NCBI GenBank assembly: GCA_963727715.1
Contig: CAVSGX010000003.1
Span: forward strand, 157 to 64,156
Direction: 5' to 3'
From: an uncultured bacterium
GTDB lineage: Bacteria > Patescibacteriota > Minisyncoccia > Phycocordibacterales > DATDWN01
DNA length: 64,000 bases
Shown here: in pieces, positions 39,005-49,400 of the stretch
How positions within the stretch are numbered: position 1 is the stretch's first letter
How the letters are laid out: every line of letters begins with the position of its first letter
Made by a program: the position numbers and the translations under genes
Notes under the pieces: generated by a model
Told to the model about the DNA's origin: nothing
Databases searched by the model: none
What the model saw: only the letters and a program-made list of their open reading frames with translations

Positions 39005-40043
39005 TTTCGCTGATGATTAAAATATCTTTGTAAGTGTTCATCTTTTCCAAAATAATTCCAGTACCACGACAAACAGCGGTCAAAGGATCTTGAGCAATAT
39101 GCACAGATATTTTTGTGTACTCTTCAATAATTTCGGCTAAACCTTTGATCAGCGCTCCACCTCCGCAAAGATAAATGCCTCGTTGCATTATGTCCGAGAC
39201 GATTTCCGGCGGTGTGGTTTCCAAAACTTCCTTGGTTGATTCAATCAAAGTGTCTATTGACTGTGAAATGGCTTCGCGAATGTCCGAGTCGGTGACGATA
39301 ACTTCGCGCGGAAGCCCCGAAATAAGATCACGTCCTTTGATCGGCGCTTCTGAAGGTATTTTGTCGGATAAAATGGCCCCGATGGAGACTTTAATATCTT
39401 CGGCTGTTTTTTCGCCGATTAAAATTTTGAATTCCGAGCGAATGTAAGAAATAATATCGTTGTTGAGCTTGTCTCCGGCAATGCGCAGATTTTTGGAACG
39501 AACCACCCCGCCGAGGGAAATAACAGCGATGTCGGATGTCCCGCCACCGATATCAATAATCATCGTGCCGACCGGCTCAAGCACAGGCAGTCTCAGGCCG
39601 ATAGCCGCAGCCATTGGCTCTTCCACAATGTGAACCTCGCTTGCCCCGGCATTTCTGGTGGCGTCGCGCACCGCTCTGATCTCCACATTGGTAATGCCTG
39701 ACGGTACTCCGACCACCACTCGCGGGCCTAGAAATTTTTTGTTGTTTTCCTGCGCTCGATTCAAAAGATAGGTAATCATTTCTTCCGTCACTTCAAAATC
39801 GGAAATAACACCATCCACCAAAGGTTTGACCGCCATAATGTGTCCCGGCGTGCGACCGAGCATATTTTTTGCGTCTTTGCCGATGGCCACCACTTGACCG
39901 GTTTTGCTGTTGACGGCCACAACTGACGGCTCGTTGATGACGATACCCTTTCCACGAACATAAACCAAAGTGTTGGCCGTGCCAAGGTCAATGCCGATGT
40001 CGTTTGAAAGCAACCTTTTCAATTGTTCGAAGTTTTTAATCAC
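38982..40043 (-). CDS. mreB: Rod shape-determining actin homolog MreB
   Basis: DLGTANTLVYV phosphate-1 motif; VIDIGGGTSDIAV phosphate-2; 353 aa. Confidence 0.92.
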   Translation of the reverse strand: MIKNFEQLKRLLSNDIGIDLGTANTLVYVRGKGIVINEPSVVAVNSKTGQVVAIGKDAKNMLGRTPGHIMAVKPLVDGVISDFEVTEEMITYLLNRAQENNKKFLGPRVVVGVPSGITNVEIRAVRDATRNAGASEVHIVEEPMAAAIGLRLPVLEPVGTMIIDIGGGTSDIAVISLGGVVRSKNLRIAGDKLNNDIISYIRSEFKILIGEKTAEDIKVSIGAILSDKIPSEAPIKGRDLISGLPREVIVTDSDIREAISQSIDTLIESTKEVLETTPPEIVSDIMQRGIYLCGGGALIKGLAEIIEEYTKISVHIAQDPLTAVCRGTGIILEKMNTYKDILIISENELPPKK

Positions 40044-40086
40044 ACTGACATACTATCTCAAAAAATGATTTGGCGCAAAAAGACAA

Positions 40087-40223
40087 AACAATAAGGTTTT
40101 CTCAGAGCAATCTGTCTGGCTCTACTGAGCCAGCGAACTTCTCGTCGCTCAAGAAAATTATGTTCGGAGTACCTCACTAATTTTCTAAGCTCCTGCGAAA
40201 GGCTCTGAAAAAACTTTATTGTT
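40087..40223. repeat. MITE-like palindromic repeat, family B, copy 2
   Basis: TIR AACAATAAGGTTTTCTCAGAGC / GCTCTGAAAAAACTTTATTGTT; core nearly identical to copy 1 at 36246-36400. Confidence 0.6.
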
Positions 40224-40269
40224 TTGTCACCGGATATTTATTTTCAAATAAAAAAATCACCGTCTGACA

Positions 40270-40610
40270 AGAAGTCAGACGGCTTATGGAACCGGGATGG
40301 TTGACAGGGTTTTGCTTTCGCTCAACCACCACCCCGGTTCCTCTCTCCCATGCAGATATGGACGACGTTACGCCCACGGAAAGATGCTACCAAATCCACA
40401 AAATAAAATCAAGACAAAAATTAACCACCCAATGGTTTGGGTGGTTTTACGGGACCGGGGGTCCAAGGCAGTTTGGCTTTTGGCCACACCACCAAGGATC
40501 GACCCCCCGGTCCCCTTGCGTTAGAATGCGGGTGCCATCACCCGCGCCACGTGCCGTTCAGTGAGTCCCAGGACCCACTGCCGTAAATGCTACAAAACTC
40601 GTAAATTAAA
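40270..40610. ncRNA. GC-rich, highly structured noncoding region (candidate large ncRNA; identity and strand unresolved)
   Basis: About 340 nt at roughly 58% GC in a 40% GC genome. Nested stems: GGAACCGGG..CCCGGTTCC with inner GGTTGA..TCAACC; AACCACCC-AATGGTTT-GGGTGGTT; GCGGGTG-CCAT-CACCCGC; CAGTGAGTCC-CAGGAC-CCACTG. The ORF predicted here is Pro/Gly/Trp-rich and implausible. Confidence 0.4.
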
Positions 40611-40802
40611 GTCAAGATAAATAAAAAATAAAAATTCTTTTTGAAATTATGTCAATTTTTTGAAAACAAAAAAGCTCGGAACAAGTCCGAGACTTTTGAT
40701 ATCCCCACGACAGCACCATGCGCACAATACTGTCGTGGGGACCGCTAAAACGGCAAGTATCGTACTCCCTCAACCAAAGACACTTTCTGCCACATCAACG
40801 GG

Positions 40803-42083
40803 TTATTTGGGATTTCCCCTCAATGGCAGTTCCCAATCAGGTATAGTTTTCAAAATTTTCTCAGCAGTTATCATCTCTGATTTGTCGGATGTGCGAAATT
40901 TCATTTCTATTTTTCCTTCGGCCACTGTTTTTTCGCTGACGACCAGTCGCACGGGTATGCCCAAAAGATCGGAATCGGCGAATTTTTCTCCCGGACGCAA
41001 ATCGCGGTCGTCGTAGAGAACTTCCACTCCGGCTTTGTCGAGTTTTTGGTACAAATCACCGGTCGCTTTTTTGACTTCAGTTGAATCGCCAATTTGTAGA
41101 AGATGCATGACAAAAGGGGCGACGGACTTCGGCCAAATGATTCCTTTCTCATCGGCCAAAAGTTCAACGATTGTGCCCATAAGTCTTTCCAGGCCAATGC
41201 CGTATGAGCCCATGAAAACCAGCTTGTCTTCCCCATTTTCATTTTTGTATTTCAAATCAAACGGTTCTGAAAATCTTGTGCCGAGCGTGAATATGTTGCC
41301 CACCTCAATAGCTTTCTTTTCCACAAAATCTTTTTTGTTCGTGCCGATTTCTTTTAAAACTTCATCATTCCAAACTTCTTTGTTGACCGCGATTTTTTTA
41401 TCTTCGTTCACAAAAATGGTGTCCTCTCCAGCTTCACAAACTGTTTGAAATTCGTGCGAAAATTTAGAAAAAGTACCACCGGAGGCAAAAGTCAGATAAG
41501 TTTTGTCTCCTATGCCGGTGCGATTGAAAATATTTTGGTAGGCCGTTTTGGCTTTCTCGTAAAAAACATTGTGCTCGGATTCGTCTTTGGAAAATGAATA
41601 CAAAGCCTTCCAATAAAATTCTCGGACTCTCATAATTCCTGATTTACTTCTGGCTTCGTTTCTGAAAATTTCTTTGAAGTCGTAAGGGTAAACCGGCAAG
41701 TCTTTGTATGAGCTGACATATTGTTTCAAAATGTTTGAATAGGCTTCCTCGTTGGTGAACGACAGGCCGACTTCCCCGCCATTTTTCAGTTTCGTTTTAA
41801 ACCAACTGTCCACAACTTCGTCGTCCCATCTGTTTGATTTCTCCCAGACTTCTTTGTTTTGCAAAACGGATGTTTTCATCTCTACACCGCCGATAGCGTC
41901 TATTTCTTCTCTGATGATGTTTTCAATTTTTTTTATAACCCGCAGACCGAGTGGCAAATATGAATAAACCCCGGCCATTTCTTTGTGAATATATCCGGCG
42001 CGGATCAAAAGCTCCGCATTTTTTGACACCTCATCCGCCGGCGCCTCCCGACGCGTTTTTGTAAAAAGTTGTGATTGTCTCAT
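40803..42083 (-). CDS. proS: Prolyl-tRNA synthetase (short bacterial type lacking the editing insertion)
   Basis: Class II motifs; 426 aa; C-terminal anticodon-binding domain. Confidence 0.85.
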   Translation of the reverse strand: MRQSQLFTKTRREAPADEVSKNAELLIRAGYIHKEMAGVYSYLPLGLRVIKKIENIIREEIDAIGGVEMKTSVLQNKEVWEKSNRWDDEVVDSWFKTKLKNGGEVGLSFTNEEAYSNILKQYVSSYKDLPVYPYDFKEIFRNEARSKSGIMRVREFYWKALYSFSKDESEHNVFYEKAKTAYQNIFNRTGIGDKTYLTFASGGTFSKFSHEFQTVCEAGEDTIFVNEDKKIAVNKEVWNDEVLKEIGTNKKDFVEKKAIEVGNIFTLGTRFSEPFDLKYKNENGEDKLVFMGSYGIGLERLMGTIVELLADEKGIIWPKSVAPFVMHLLQIGDSTEVKKATGDLYQKLDKAGVEVLYDDRDLRPGEKFADSDLLGIPVRLVVSEKTVAEGKIEMKFRTSDKSEMITAEKILKTIPDWELPLRGNPK

Positions 42084-42128
42084 AACTTCATTCTATATCA
42101 AAAAAGTTTTTTGAGCAAAAAAGCACAC

Positions 42129-42337
42129 TTTGAATCATTTCTTAAAACACGCATATTCGCCTGCTGGCGAATTGCTACGCTCGTCAATCAAGAAAACAAT
42201 ATCCTTAATTCGTAGCCCTACGCAAACGACCTCTGTTGAGGCCGTCCTCTCTTTCAGGAGGGTCGCTGCTTCGGGTTTACTTCATTTTCGTCTTTGTTTT
42301 CTAATTGACTGCGCGATGTTTTAAAAAATGATTCAAA
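42129..42337. repeat. MITE-like repeat, family A, copy 4
   Basis: TIR TTTGAATCATTTCTTAAAACACGC / GCGCGATGTTTTAAAAAATGATTCAAA; conserved core (CAATCAAGAAAACAAT..CGTAGC..GTCTTTGTTTTCTAATTG). Confidence 0.65.
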
Positions 42338-42351
42338 ATATGCAAACAGAT

Positions 42352-43044
42352 TTAATTCCAACCGCGAGCTTTCAAAGCTTCCCTAGCGGCGGATTGTTCG
42401 GCGTCTTGTTTGCTGTCGCCTTCACCTTCGGCCACTTTTTCTTTGCCGACAAAAATACCGACTGTGAATTTCTTTTCGTGGTCCGGGCCGGATTCGCGCA
42501 GAGTTTTGTATGATGGAGTAACGCCGTCAAACTCTTGAGCTTTTTCTTGAAACAAACTTTTGGCGTCAATCCAACTGCCGGCGGAAATAATGCCATCAAT
42601 GAGTGGAGTGAACTCTCGTTCAATAAAAGATTTGGCGCTGTCGTAGCCGAGGTCCAGATAAATCGCGCCGATGAAAGCTTCCAAAGTGTTGGCCAAAATG
42701 TACTGACGCGCGCGACCGGTGTCCTTGCTCTCGCCTTTGGAAAGCAAAAGATATTCGTTCATGCTGAGATTCGTGGCGATGTCCGAGCATGTCGTGGCGT
42801 TGACCAAAGCGGAACGGTAAGAAGTCAAATCGCCTTCGGTTTTTGTCGGATACTTTTGATACAAAAAATCAGTGATGACAAGCTCCAAAACGGCATCGCC
42901 CAAAAATTCCAGACGCTCATTGTGGGACAGCCCGGAGTTTTTATTTTCATTTATATATGAGCGGTGGACAAAAGCCTGCGTCAAAAGATTTTGGTCTTTG
43001 AAACTGACCCCCGCCCGCTTTTGAAATTCGGTATAGTCTTGCAT
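42352..43044 (-). CDS. rnc: Ribonuclease III
   Basis: ERLEFLGDAVLELVITDFLY RNase III signature; C-terminal dsRBD. Confidence 0.9.
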   Translation of the reverse strand: MQDYTEFQKRAGVSFKDQNLLTQAFVHRSYINENKNSGLSHNERLEFLGDAVLELVITDFLYQKYPTKTEGDLTSYRSALVNATTCSDIATNLSMNEYLLLSKGESKDTGRARQYILANTLEAFIGAIYLDLGYDSAKSFIEREFTPLIDGIISAGSWIDAKSLFQEKAQEFDGVTPSYKTLRESGPDHEKKFTVGIFVGKEKVAEGEGDSKQDAEQSAAREALKARGWN

Positions 43045-43083
43045 AGGAACAATATAACACAGAAATCAATTTTTGCAAAAATT

Positions 43084-43464
43084 TTATTTAACCAATTTTT
43101 TTGCAGATTTAATTTGTATTCTATCTTCTTTAGTATAATCACCAAAACCAAGAGATTTTCCTTTCGGGATTCTTTCATATTCACACAAAAAATGGTCTCC
43201 ATTTTGAATAGAGTTGTATTCTTCTTCTGTCACAGAAAACTCACCCTCTATATCTCCCATCTTCAAATGGACTAGGTAAAATGTTTTTGAACCACCAAGC
43301 CCAAATCTCATTTGTAATGCATAGTTGCCTAGTGTATTAACAATCTCTTTTCCAGTTACAACACCTTCACCTTTGCGAGTATTTTCTTTTTCTGTTTGTT
43401 TTTCTTTTTCACTAATTTTGATCATAGCAGCTGTAGCTCCAACCGCCCCAAGTGCACCTAACAA
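43084..43464 (-). CDS. Hypothetical small secreted or membrane protein
   Basis: 126 aa; N-terminal hydrophobic segment; very AT-rich local sequence. Confidence 0.3.
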   Translation of the reverse strand: MLGALGAVGATAAMIKISEKEKQTEKENTRKGEGVVTGKEIVNTLGNYALQMRFGLGGSKTFYLVHLKMGDIEGEFSVTEEEYNSIQNGDHFLCEYERIPKGKSLGFGDYTKEDRIQIKSAKKLVK

Positions 43465-43527
43465 AAAATCTCTCCTATTAAATTTATTTGCCTCTTTTAG
43501 ACTTTCTTCATATTCTCCATCATCTTA

Positions 43528-44454
43528 CTACTTTTTCAGTAAAATATTAATGGCTTTTGTTACCAGAGGCAAAATGTCGTTGTAGAAGTTGAGTTCCAAA
43601 ATATCGCCCATTTTAAACCAGCGGGCGTCATCAAGACCGCCGGTGTTAGAAAGTTTGAGGTCCACAAACGGCGACTCCACCAAAAAGTAAGCCACGTGTT
43701 TTTTGATTTTGCCTTTTTCTGGGTGGTAGCTTATGTATTCGTTCTCGCCGAGCTTTTCTTTGATTTTCACATCCACGCCAATTTCGTCTTTGATAACTTT
43801 GGCCACCTCAGCTTCCGGATCGCTGCCCTCAATGTGACCTTTGGAAAGAGTCCAACGACCGAAAACATCGTGCACCAGCGCCAGGTAGATGTCGTCGCCG
43901 GAGTGAGCGAAAACCACCGCGCCGGCCAGATATTCTGTCGGCACGTTTGCCGGAATAACACCTTTTTTCTTGTCTTTGGTTGTTTCGTCTTTGCCCGGTT
44001 CGCCGAGCTCTTTGTAAACCGCGCCCAAAACACCGTTGATGAATTTGCTGGAAGTTTCTCCGCCGAAACTTTTAGATAACTCAATGGCTTCGTTGATAGC
44101 CACTTTTGGCGGAACCTGCGAGTGATCGGCAAAAAGAAGCTCGTAAAGCCCGATGCGCAGAATATTTCTGTCCATTACGTTGATTTTGTCTATCGGCCAG
44201 TCCGGCGCGGCTTTTTCAATAACCAAATCCAAATCTTTTTTCTTGTCCAAAACACCTTTGAGGAGATCTTCCATAAACGAAAAATCGCCCATACCAGGAG
44301 CGAACTCTTCTGCATCACGCTTAAATATTTCCATTGCTTCCGCGCGGTTTTTGCTGTTGAAATCCCATTCGAACAGGGATTGCAAGACTATGCTTCTGGA
44401 AAGGTGCCGATTAGCCATTTGTACAATTATATAAAGGTCAAGAAAAAGATGCAA
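43528..44454 (-). CDS. nusB: NusB (transcription antitermination) fused to a C-terminal Nudix hydrolase domain
   Basis: N-terminal NusB pattern (LSRSIVLQSLFEWDF...AINEAIELSKSFGGETSSKFINGVLGAV); C-terminal Nudix-box-like GHIEGSDPEAEVAKVIKDEIGV in a 150-aa domain. Confidence 0.7.
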   Translation of the reverse strand: MHLFLDLYIIVQMANRHLSRSIVLQSLFEWDFNSKNRAEAMEIFKRDAEEFAPGMGDFSFMEDLLKGVLDKKKDLDLVIEKAAPDWPIDKINVMDRNILRIGLYELLFADHSQVPPKVAINEAIELSKSFGGETSSKFINGVLGAVYKELGEPGKDETTKDKKKGVIPANVPTEYLAGAVVFAHSGDDIYLALVHDVFGRWTLSKGHIEGSDPEAEVAKVIKDEIGVDVKIKEKLGENEYISYHPEKGKIKKHVAYFLVESPFVDLKLSNTGGLDDARWFKMGDILELNFYNDILPLVTKAINILLKK

Positions 44455-44480
44455 GTCAATCCGATAGAAAATTTCTTTTG

Positions 44481-44667
44481 CCCCAAAATTTTTCAGAGCA
44501 CGGATATTTTTCTACTGAAAAATTCCTCTCGCTCGGCAATCAAGAAAACAATCGTCCTCGACTCGTAGCCCTATCGCAAACTCGCTTCGCTCAAACACTG
44601 CTTCGGGCTTACTCCGTCTTCGTCGTTGTTTTCTAATTGCCTCCGCAGTCTCTGAAAAAATTTGGGG
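44481..44667. repeat. MITE-like repeat, family A, copy 5
   Basis: TIR CCCCAAAATTTTTCAGAG / CTCTGAAAAAATTTGGGG; full conserved core. Confidence 0.65.
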
Positions 44668-44684
44668 CAAAAGAGATAATCAAA

Positions 44685-44912
44685 TTATCTTCCCTCATTC
44701 TCTTTTGCCTTAGCTCTCTTAGCTTGCTTATCAAGCTTGGCTTGGACGTCGATGACCTGTCTGTCTTTGTATTTTCCGGTAACCAAAGAAGCTCTGTGGC
44801 GCAGGTGCGGGACATTTGTGTTTTTATCCAAAGTTAGCGCCGGCGAAGACAGCCTGTGATGAGACCGTGTGTTTCCGCGCTGGGCTCGTGTATGTCGCAT
44901 TCGTACTACCAT
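44685..44912 (-). CDS. rpmF: 50S ribosomal protein L32
   Basis: MVVRMRHTRAQRGNTRSHHRLSSPALTLDKNTNVPHLRHR matches L32 (..RRSH.ALT.P.LS.DK.SGE.HLRHH); yceD-like gene upstream. Confidence 0.75.
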   Translation of the reverse strand: MVVRMRHTRAQRGNTRSHHRLSSPALTLDKNTNVPHLRHRASLVTGKYKDRQVIDVQAKLDKQAKRAKAKENEGR

Positions 44913-44971
44913 AATGAAAAAGATTAGCATAACTGTTGAAAAAACGCAACAAAAAATAACGCCCGATGTTT

Positions 44972-45283
44972 TTAGACATGGGCGCCACCGTCAACTCTTG
45001 TCACAGACCATAAATGTTCAAGAAACGCCGTTTTACATTGCTTACACTCCTCGTTTTCTTTCTCGATGTGGACGAGAAAATCCAGATACCTAGTGGGATT
45101 TCCACAAAATTTTTTGAAAAATTCTTTTCCCCGCGGACACATTTTATTTCTAACCTCAACAAGACCAGACGAGTTTCTTCCACTAGACAAGTCATTGTAC
45201 CACTGCATCATCCTTCTTATATATTCGGAGTTGCGCTCGAAAGACATCGTGGGATGACTTTGTACCGTTGAATGTGACATCAA
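44972..45283 (-). CDS. yceD: YceD/DUF177-family protein (large ribosomal RNA accumulation protein), short form
   Basis: 103 aa; two CxxC pairs (CPRGKEFFKKFC, ECKQCK); immediately upstream of rpmF as in many bacteria. Confidence 0.45.
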   Translation of the reverse strand: MMSHSTVQSHPTMSFERNSEYIRRMMQWYNDLSSGRNSSGLVEVRNKMCPRGKEFFKKFCGNPTRYLDFLVHIEKENEECKQCKTAFLEHLWSVTRVDGGAHV

Positions 45284-45326
45284 AGAACCCCTTGCTAATA
45301 ATATCCTTCATTAAAAAACAAAACAA

Positions 45327-46031
45327 TCAAAAATGTGTGCAGAAAGTTTTGCGGTGCAGGGGCGAAAGACCGTGAGCGGAAATGGCTAAGCGGTGTCTAG
45401 TCGTGCCATAACCTTTGTGAATTTCAAAGCCATACCGTGGGAATTTTTTGCCGGCGCGTGTCATTAGTGCGTCGCGCGAGACTTTGGCCAGAATGCTGGC
45501 CCAAGCGATAATTTTTTCTTTCTCATCGCCTTTTATTATCGTTTTTTGATTTTTGAACTCTGCTGGCGCTTTGAGTGAACCGTCCAAAAGCACTTGGCAA
45601 TTTTTTGGGTTCAGTTTCAATTTCTCAATCCCCTTTCCAACCGCTGTTTTGATGCAAAAAGAAAGTCCTTTTTTGTCGATGGTTTTGTTGGAGATGTGGA
45701 TAATTGAGTAGTTGAAAATTTCTTTCTCCCCAAGTCTCTCGCGAAAAACGCGTAAAATTTCTGCTGAAATTTTCGCTCTTTCTTGCCTGCCCGGCTCCGA
45801 GAGGTTTCCGCTCGAAACTTGGGTCAACAAAATTTTCAAATTACTCAAAAATTCGGCATATTTTTGACGAGAGATTGGAGAAAGTTTTTTGCTGTCGAGG
45901 CCTCGCGGTGGCAGATTTTTGTTTCTTTTCAGTTTTTTATAAAAATTTTCCTCGCAAACAACCACACAAACAGTCACAGGCCCAGCCAAAGGTCCTCTCC
46001 CGACTTCGTCAATACCAACTATATAATTCAT
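45327..46031 (-). CDS. rnhB: Ribonuclease HII
   Basis: GIDEVGRGPLAGPV active-site motif; 234 aa. Confidence 0.88.
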   Translation of the reverse strand: MNYIVGIDEVGRGPLAGPVTVCVVVCEENFYKKLKRNKNLPPRGLDSKKLSPISRQKYAEFLSNLKILLTQVSSGNLSEPGRQERAKISAEILRVFRERLGEKEIFNYSIIHISNKTIDKKGLSFCIKTAVGKGIEKLKLNPKNCQVLLDGSLKAPAEFKNQKTIIKGDEKEKIIAWASILAKVSRDALMTRAGKKFPRYGFEIHKGYGTTRHRLAISAHGLSPLHRKTFCTHF

Positions 46032-46123
46032 GCAAACATTTTAACATCTAAACAAAACAAAAGCCCCGAGCATTTTCGCGCAGGACTGGATACAAGTTTA
46101 GTGCGGGGTTCGATCCCACACTG

Positions 46124-46318
46124 TTATTTGATTTTATAAACAACACAACGGGTAAAATGGGTTGGAACACCATCGTGAAAGACAGTGTCTTTCACAGACA
46201 GAATCTCCACATGGTGTGTTTTATTACTAAAAAACTGATTAAACATTCTATCAAGTTCCGCGTGGATTTCTTCAAGAGTATATACTCCAGGACGAACAAC
46301 AAAAGTTTTTGTATTCAT
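46124..46318 (-). CDS. Small hypothetical protein
   Basis: 64-aa ORF with local codon usage. Confidence 0.25.
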   Translation of the reverse strand: MNTKTFVVRPGVYTLEEIHAELDRMFNQFFSNKTHHVEILSVKDTVFHDGVPTHFTRCVVYKIK

Positions 46319-46468
46319 TGCTACCCCTAATTTTAGAGTCTAAACATTTTTCAAATTTTGTCAAGCGGGCGGGGAATGAGAAATTTGGTACAATGGGTTC
46401 ACAATGACTTCTAAATTTACCCACCCCAGTAGCAGAGCATAGCTCGCTACGGAGCAAGTCTTCACACC

Positions 46469-49400
46469 ATGCAAAAATTTACACACTTACATACACATAG
46501 CCACTACTCTTTACTTCAAGCTTTGCCGAAAATTGACGAGCTGGTTAAGACGGCCAAGAAGATGGGCATGGAGTCACTGGCTTTGACTGACAACGGCAAT
46601 CTTTACGGGGCCATTGAATTTTACAAGGAATGCGACAAGCACGGTGTCAAACCGATTATCGGTGTGGATTTTTATGTGGCGTTTGGATCTAGGCTAGAAA
46701 AACGCGCTGGCGTGGACAAGGAGCGATATCGGCTGGTGCTTCTGGCCGAAAATGAAATCGGCTATAAAAATTTGATTCAGCTTGTGACCGTCTCCCACCT
46801 TGAAGGTTTTTATTACAAACCGCGAGTGGACAAGGAAGTTTTGGAAAAATATCACGAAGGACTTATTGTCATCTCGCCGTCTTTCTCCGGCGACATAGTC
46901 AAATCTCTTGGAATGTCGCGTGATGATGAAGCTCTATCTCGACTTGATTGGTACAGAGAAATTTTCGGACCAGATAATTTTTTTCTGGAAATCACTCATC
47001 ATCCGGAAATAAAAGGTCATCAGGAAAAAATGAAAAAACTTGTGAGCTTTGCCCGAAAGAACAAACACTCCCCTCGTCGCCTGCCACGATGTCTATTATA
47101 TGTCGCCAGAGGACAGACCGGCTCGCGAGACTTTGATGTCTGTTATGAACAACGGCGACTTTTCCGACAGGCAAGATGAAAAAACAGATGACTTCTCTTT
47201 CATTTCACAGGAGACAGCTGAAAAATATTTTGCCGATTTACCGGACGCTTTAGAGAACACTGAGAAAATTGCCGAGAGATGCAATTTGAAATTGGAACTT
47301 GGCAAATGGGTCTTCCCGAATTTCGTCGTGGAAAGCGGGCTCTCGCACGATGAAGAATTAAAAAAACTGACATACGAAGGATTGGTCAAGAGAAATGTTG
47401 AACAAACGAAAGAAGTGACGGAGAGAATAGAATATGAGTTGAGAATTATTTTCAATAAAGGTTATTCGCCGTACTTTCTGGTTGTCGGCGATCTGATGCG
47501 CTACGCTAGCGAGAACGGTATTCTCTCAAACATTCGCGGTTCGGTTTCCGGCTCGCTGGTCACTTACCTCGCCGGTATCACCAACATCAACCCGCTGGAA
47601 TACGACATTCCTTTTGAACGATTTCTTGAACCCTGATCGCCCATCACCGCCGGATATTGATATGGACTTTGCCGACAACCGTCGAGATGAAATGGTGGAA
47701 TACGCCAAACGAAAATATGGCGCGGACAAAGTGGCCCAGATCGGCACTTTCGGCACAATGGCCGCTCGCGGCTCGGTGCGTGATGTGACACGCGCTATGG
47801 GTTTTCCTTACGCACTTCGGTGACAGCATCGCCAAAATGATTCCGTTCGGCGCGCAAGGTTTCCCAATGACCATTGACCGCGCGCTCGCCGAAGTGCCGG
47901 AGTTGAAAGAACGTTTACGACAGCGAAGTAGATGTCAAAACAATAATTGACATGGCCAAAAAAATTGAAGGTTGCGCTCGGCACATGGGCATTCACGCCG
48001 CCGGCGTGGTTATGGCGCCGACGCCGATTACCGATTACACTCCGCTTCAATACGATCCAAAAGGTGAAGGTAAAATCATCACCCAGTATGATATGTATTC
48101 CATTGAAGAGGCCGGACTTTTGAAGTTTGATTTTCTGGGATTGCGAAATCTTTCCATTATCGCCGACACTTTGGCTTTGATAAAAAAATTGGACAATGTG
48201 GATTTTGACGCCGGAAGAAATTCCAATCAATGACAAGAAAACTTTTGAAATGTTGGCGCGAGGCGAAACAGCCGACCTTTTCCAACTCAACGGCGACGGA
48301 ATGACTAAATTTTTGATTGATCTTAAGCCGACCGCCATTCACGACATCAACGCCATGGTCGCTTTGTATCGTCCCGGACCTTTGCAATTTATTCCGCTTT
48401 ACATTCAGGGCAAACACAATCCAGCTAAAGTGAAATATCTAGACCCGATGCTCAAACCAATCTTACAAAAGACTTACGGCGTGCTGGTTTATCAAGACGA
48501 TCTTTTAATGATGGCCAGAAATATTGCCGGCTATTCTTGGATTGAAGTGGACAAATTCCGCAAAGCTGTCGGCAAAAAAATTCCGAAGGAGATGCAGGAA
48601 CAAAAAGAGAAATTTATAAACGGATGCGTGGAACATTCCAAGTGGCCGCTAAAAAAAGCGCAGGAGCTTTGGACATGGATCGAACCTTTCGCCGCTTACG
48701 GTTTCAACAAAGCCCACTCTGTTTCCTACGGTCTCGTGGCCTACCAGACGGCTTACCTCAAAGCCAACTTTCCAGCCGAATATATGGCCAGCGTTTTGAC
48801 TCACCACGACGGCGATGTGGAAAAAGTGTCCGAGTCGGTGCAAGAATGCAAACGCCTCGGTATTTCCATTTTACCACCGGACATCAACGAATCGTTCAAA
48901 GTTTTCACTGTCATAAAATCAAAAACAGCTGACCAGCCAGATAACATTCGTTTTGGACTTAACACCATTAAAAATTTCGGCGAAGGAATTTCCGAATCAA
49001 TAATTTCCGAGCGCAAGAAAAATGGGCCGTACAAATCTCTGTCGGATTTTTTGCGCCGAGTCAAAGATAAAAACCTCAATAAAAAATCTCTGGAGTCGCT
49101 TATCAAAACCGGCGCCCTAGACTCCCTCGGCGATCGCTTCACACTCCTCCACAATCTTGACCGGCTACTGACTTTTCATAAAGAAGAAACAAAATCAGAA
49201 ACAAACCAAGACTCGCTTTTCGGACTTTTTGCCAGCGCGTCGCACAATGAAGTTGAGTTGGAAAAAGCGCCGATCACAAATCAGACAAACAAATTGCAAT
49301 GGGAGAAAGAACTTCTCGGCCTCTACATTTCGGGACACCCGCTAGATAATTTTCGCCACAAACTTGATGGTCGCGAAATGACAATTAAAAAAATTAAAGA

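Noticed and set aside
40420-40470. T-box-like GGGTGG..ACCG string as a riboswitch for proS
   Set aside because: It is on the plus strand whereas proS is on the minus strand with its 5' end at 42083, so it cannot be a proS leader. Only a partial match to the T-box consensus
40286-40564. Predicted ORFs of 92/75 aa across the structured region between mreB and proS, and the 74-aa ORF at 15666-15890
   Set aside because: Both lie in GC-rich hairpin-dense DNA, have Pro/Gly/Trp/Arg-rich low-complexity translations and lack an RBS. They are more likely structured RNA than protein
46081-46115. T-arm-like GGGGTTCGATCCCAC sequence downstream of rnhB
   Set aside because: No matching acceptor stem, D-arm or anticodon arm can be formed on either strand. 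It is probably a chance match or a tRNA remnant
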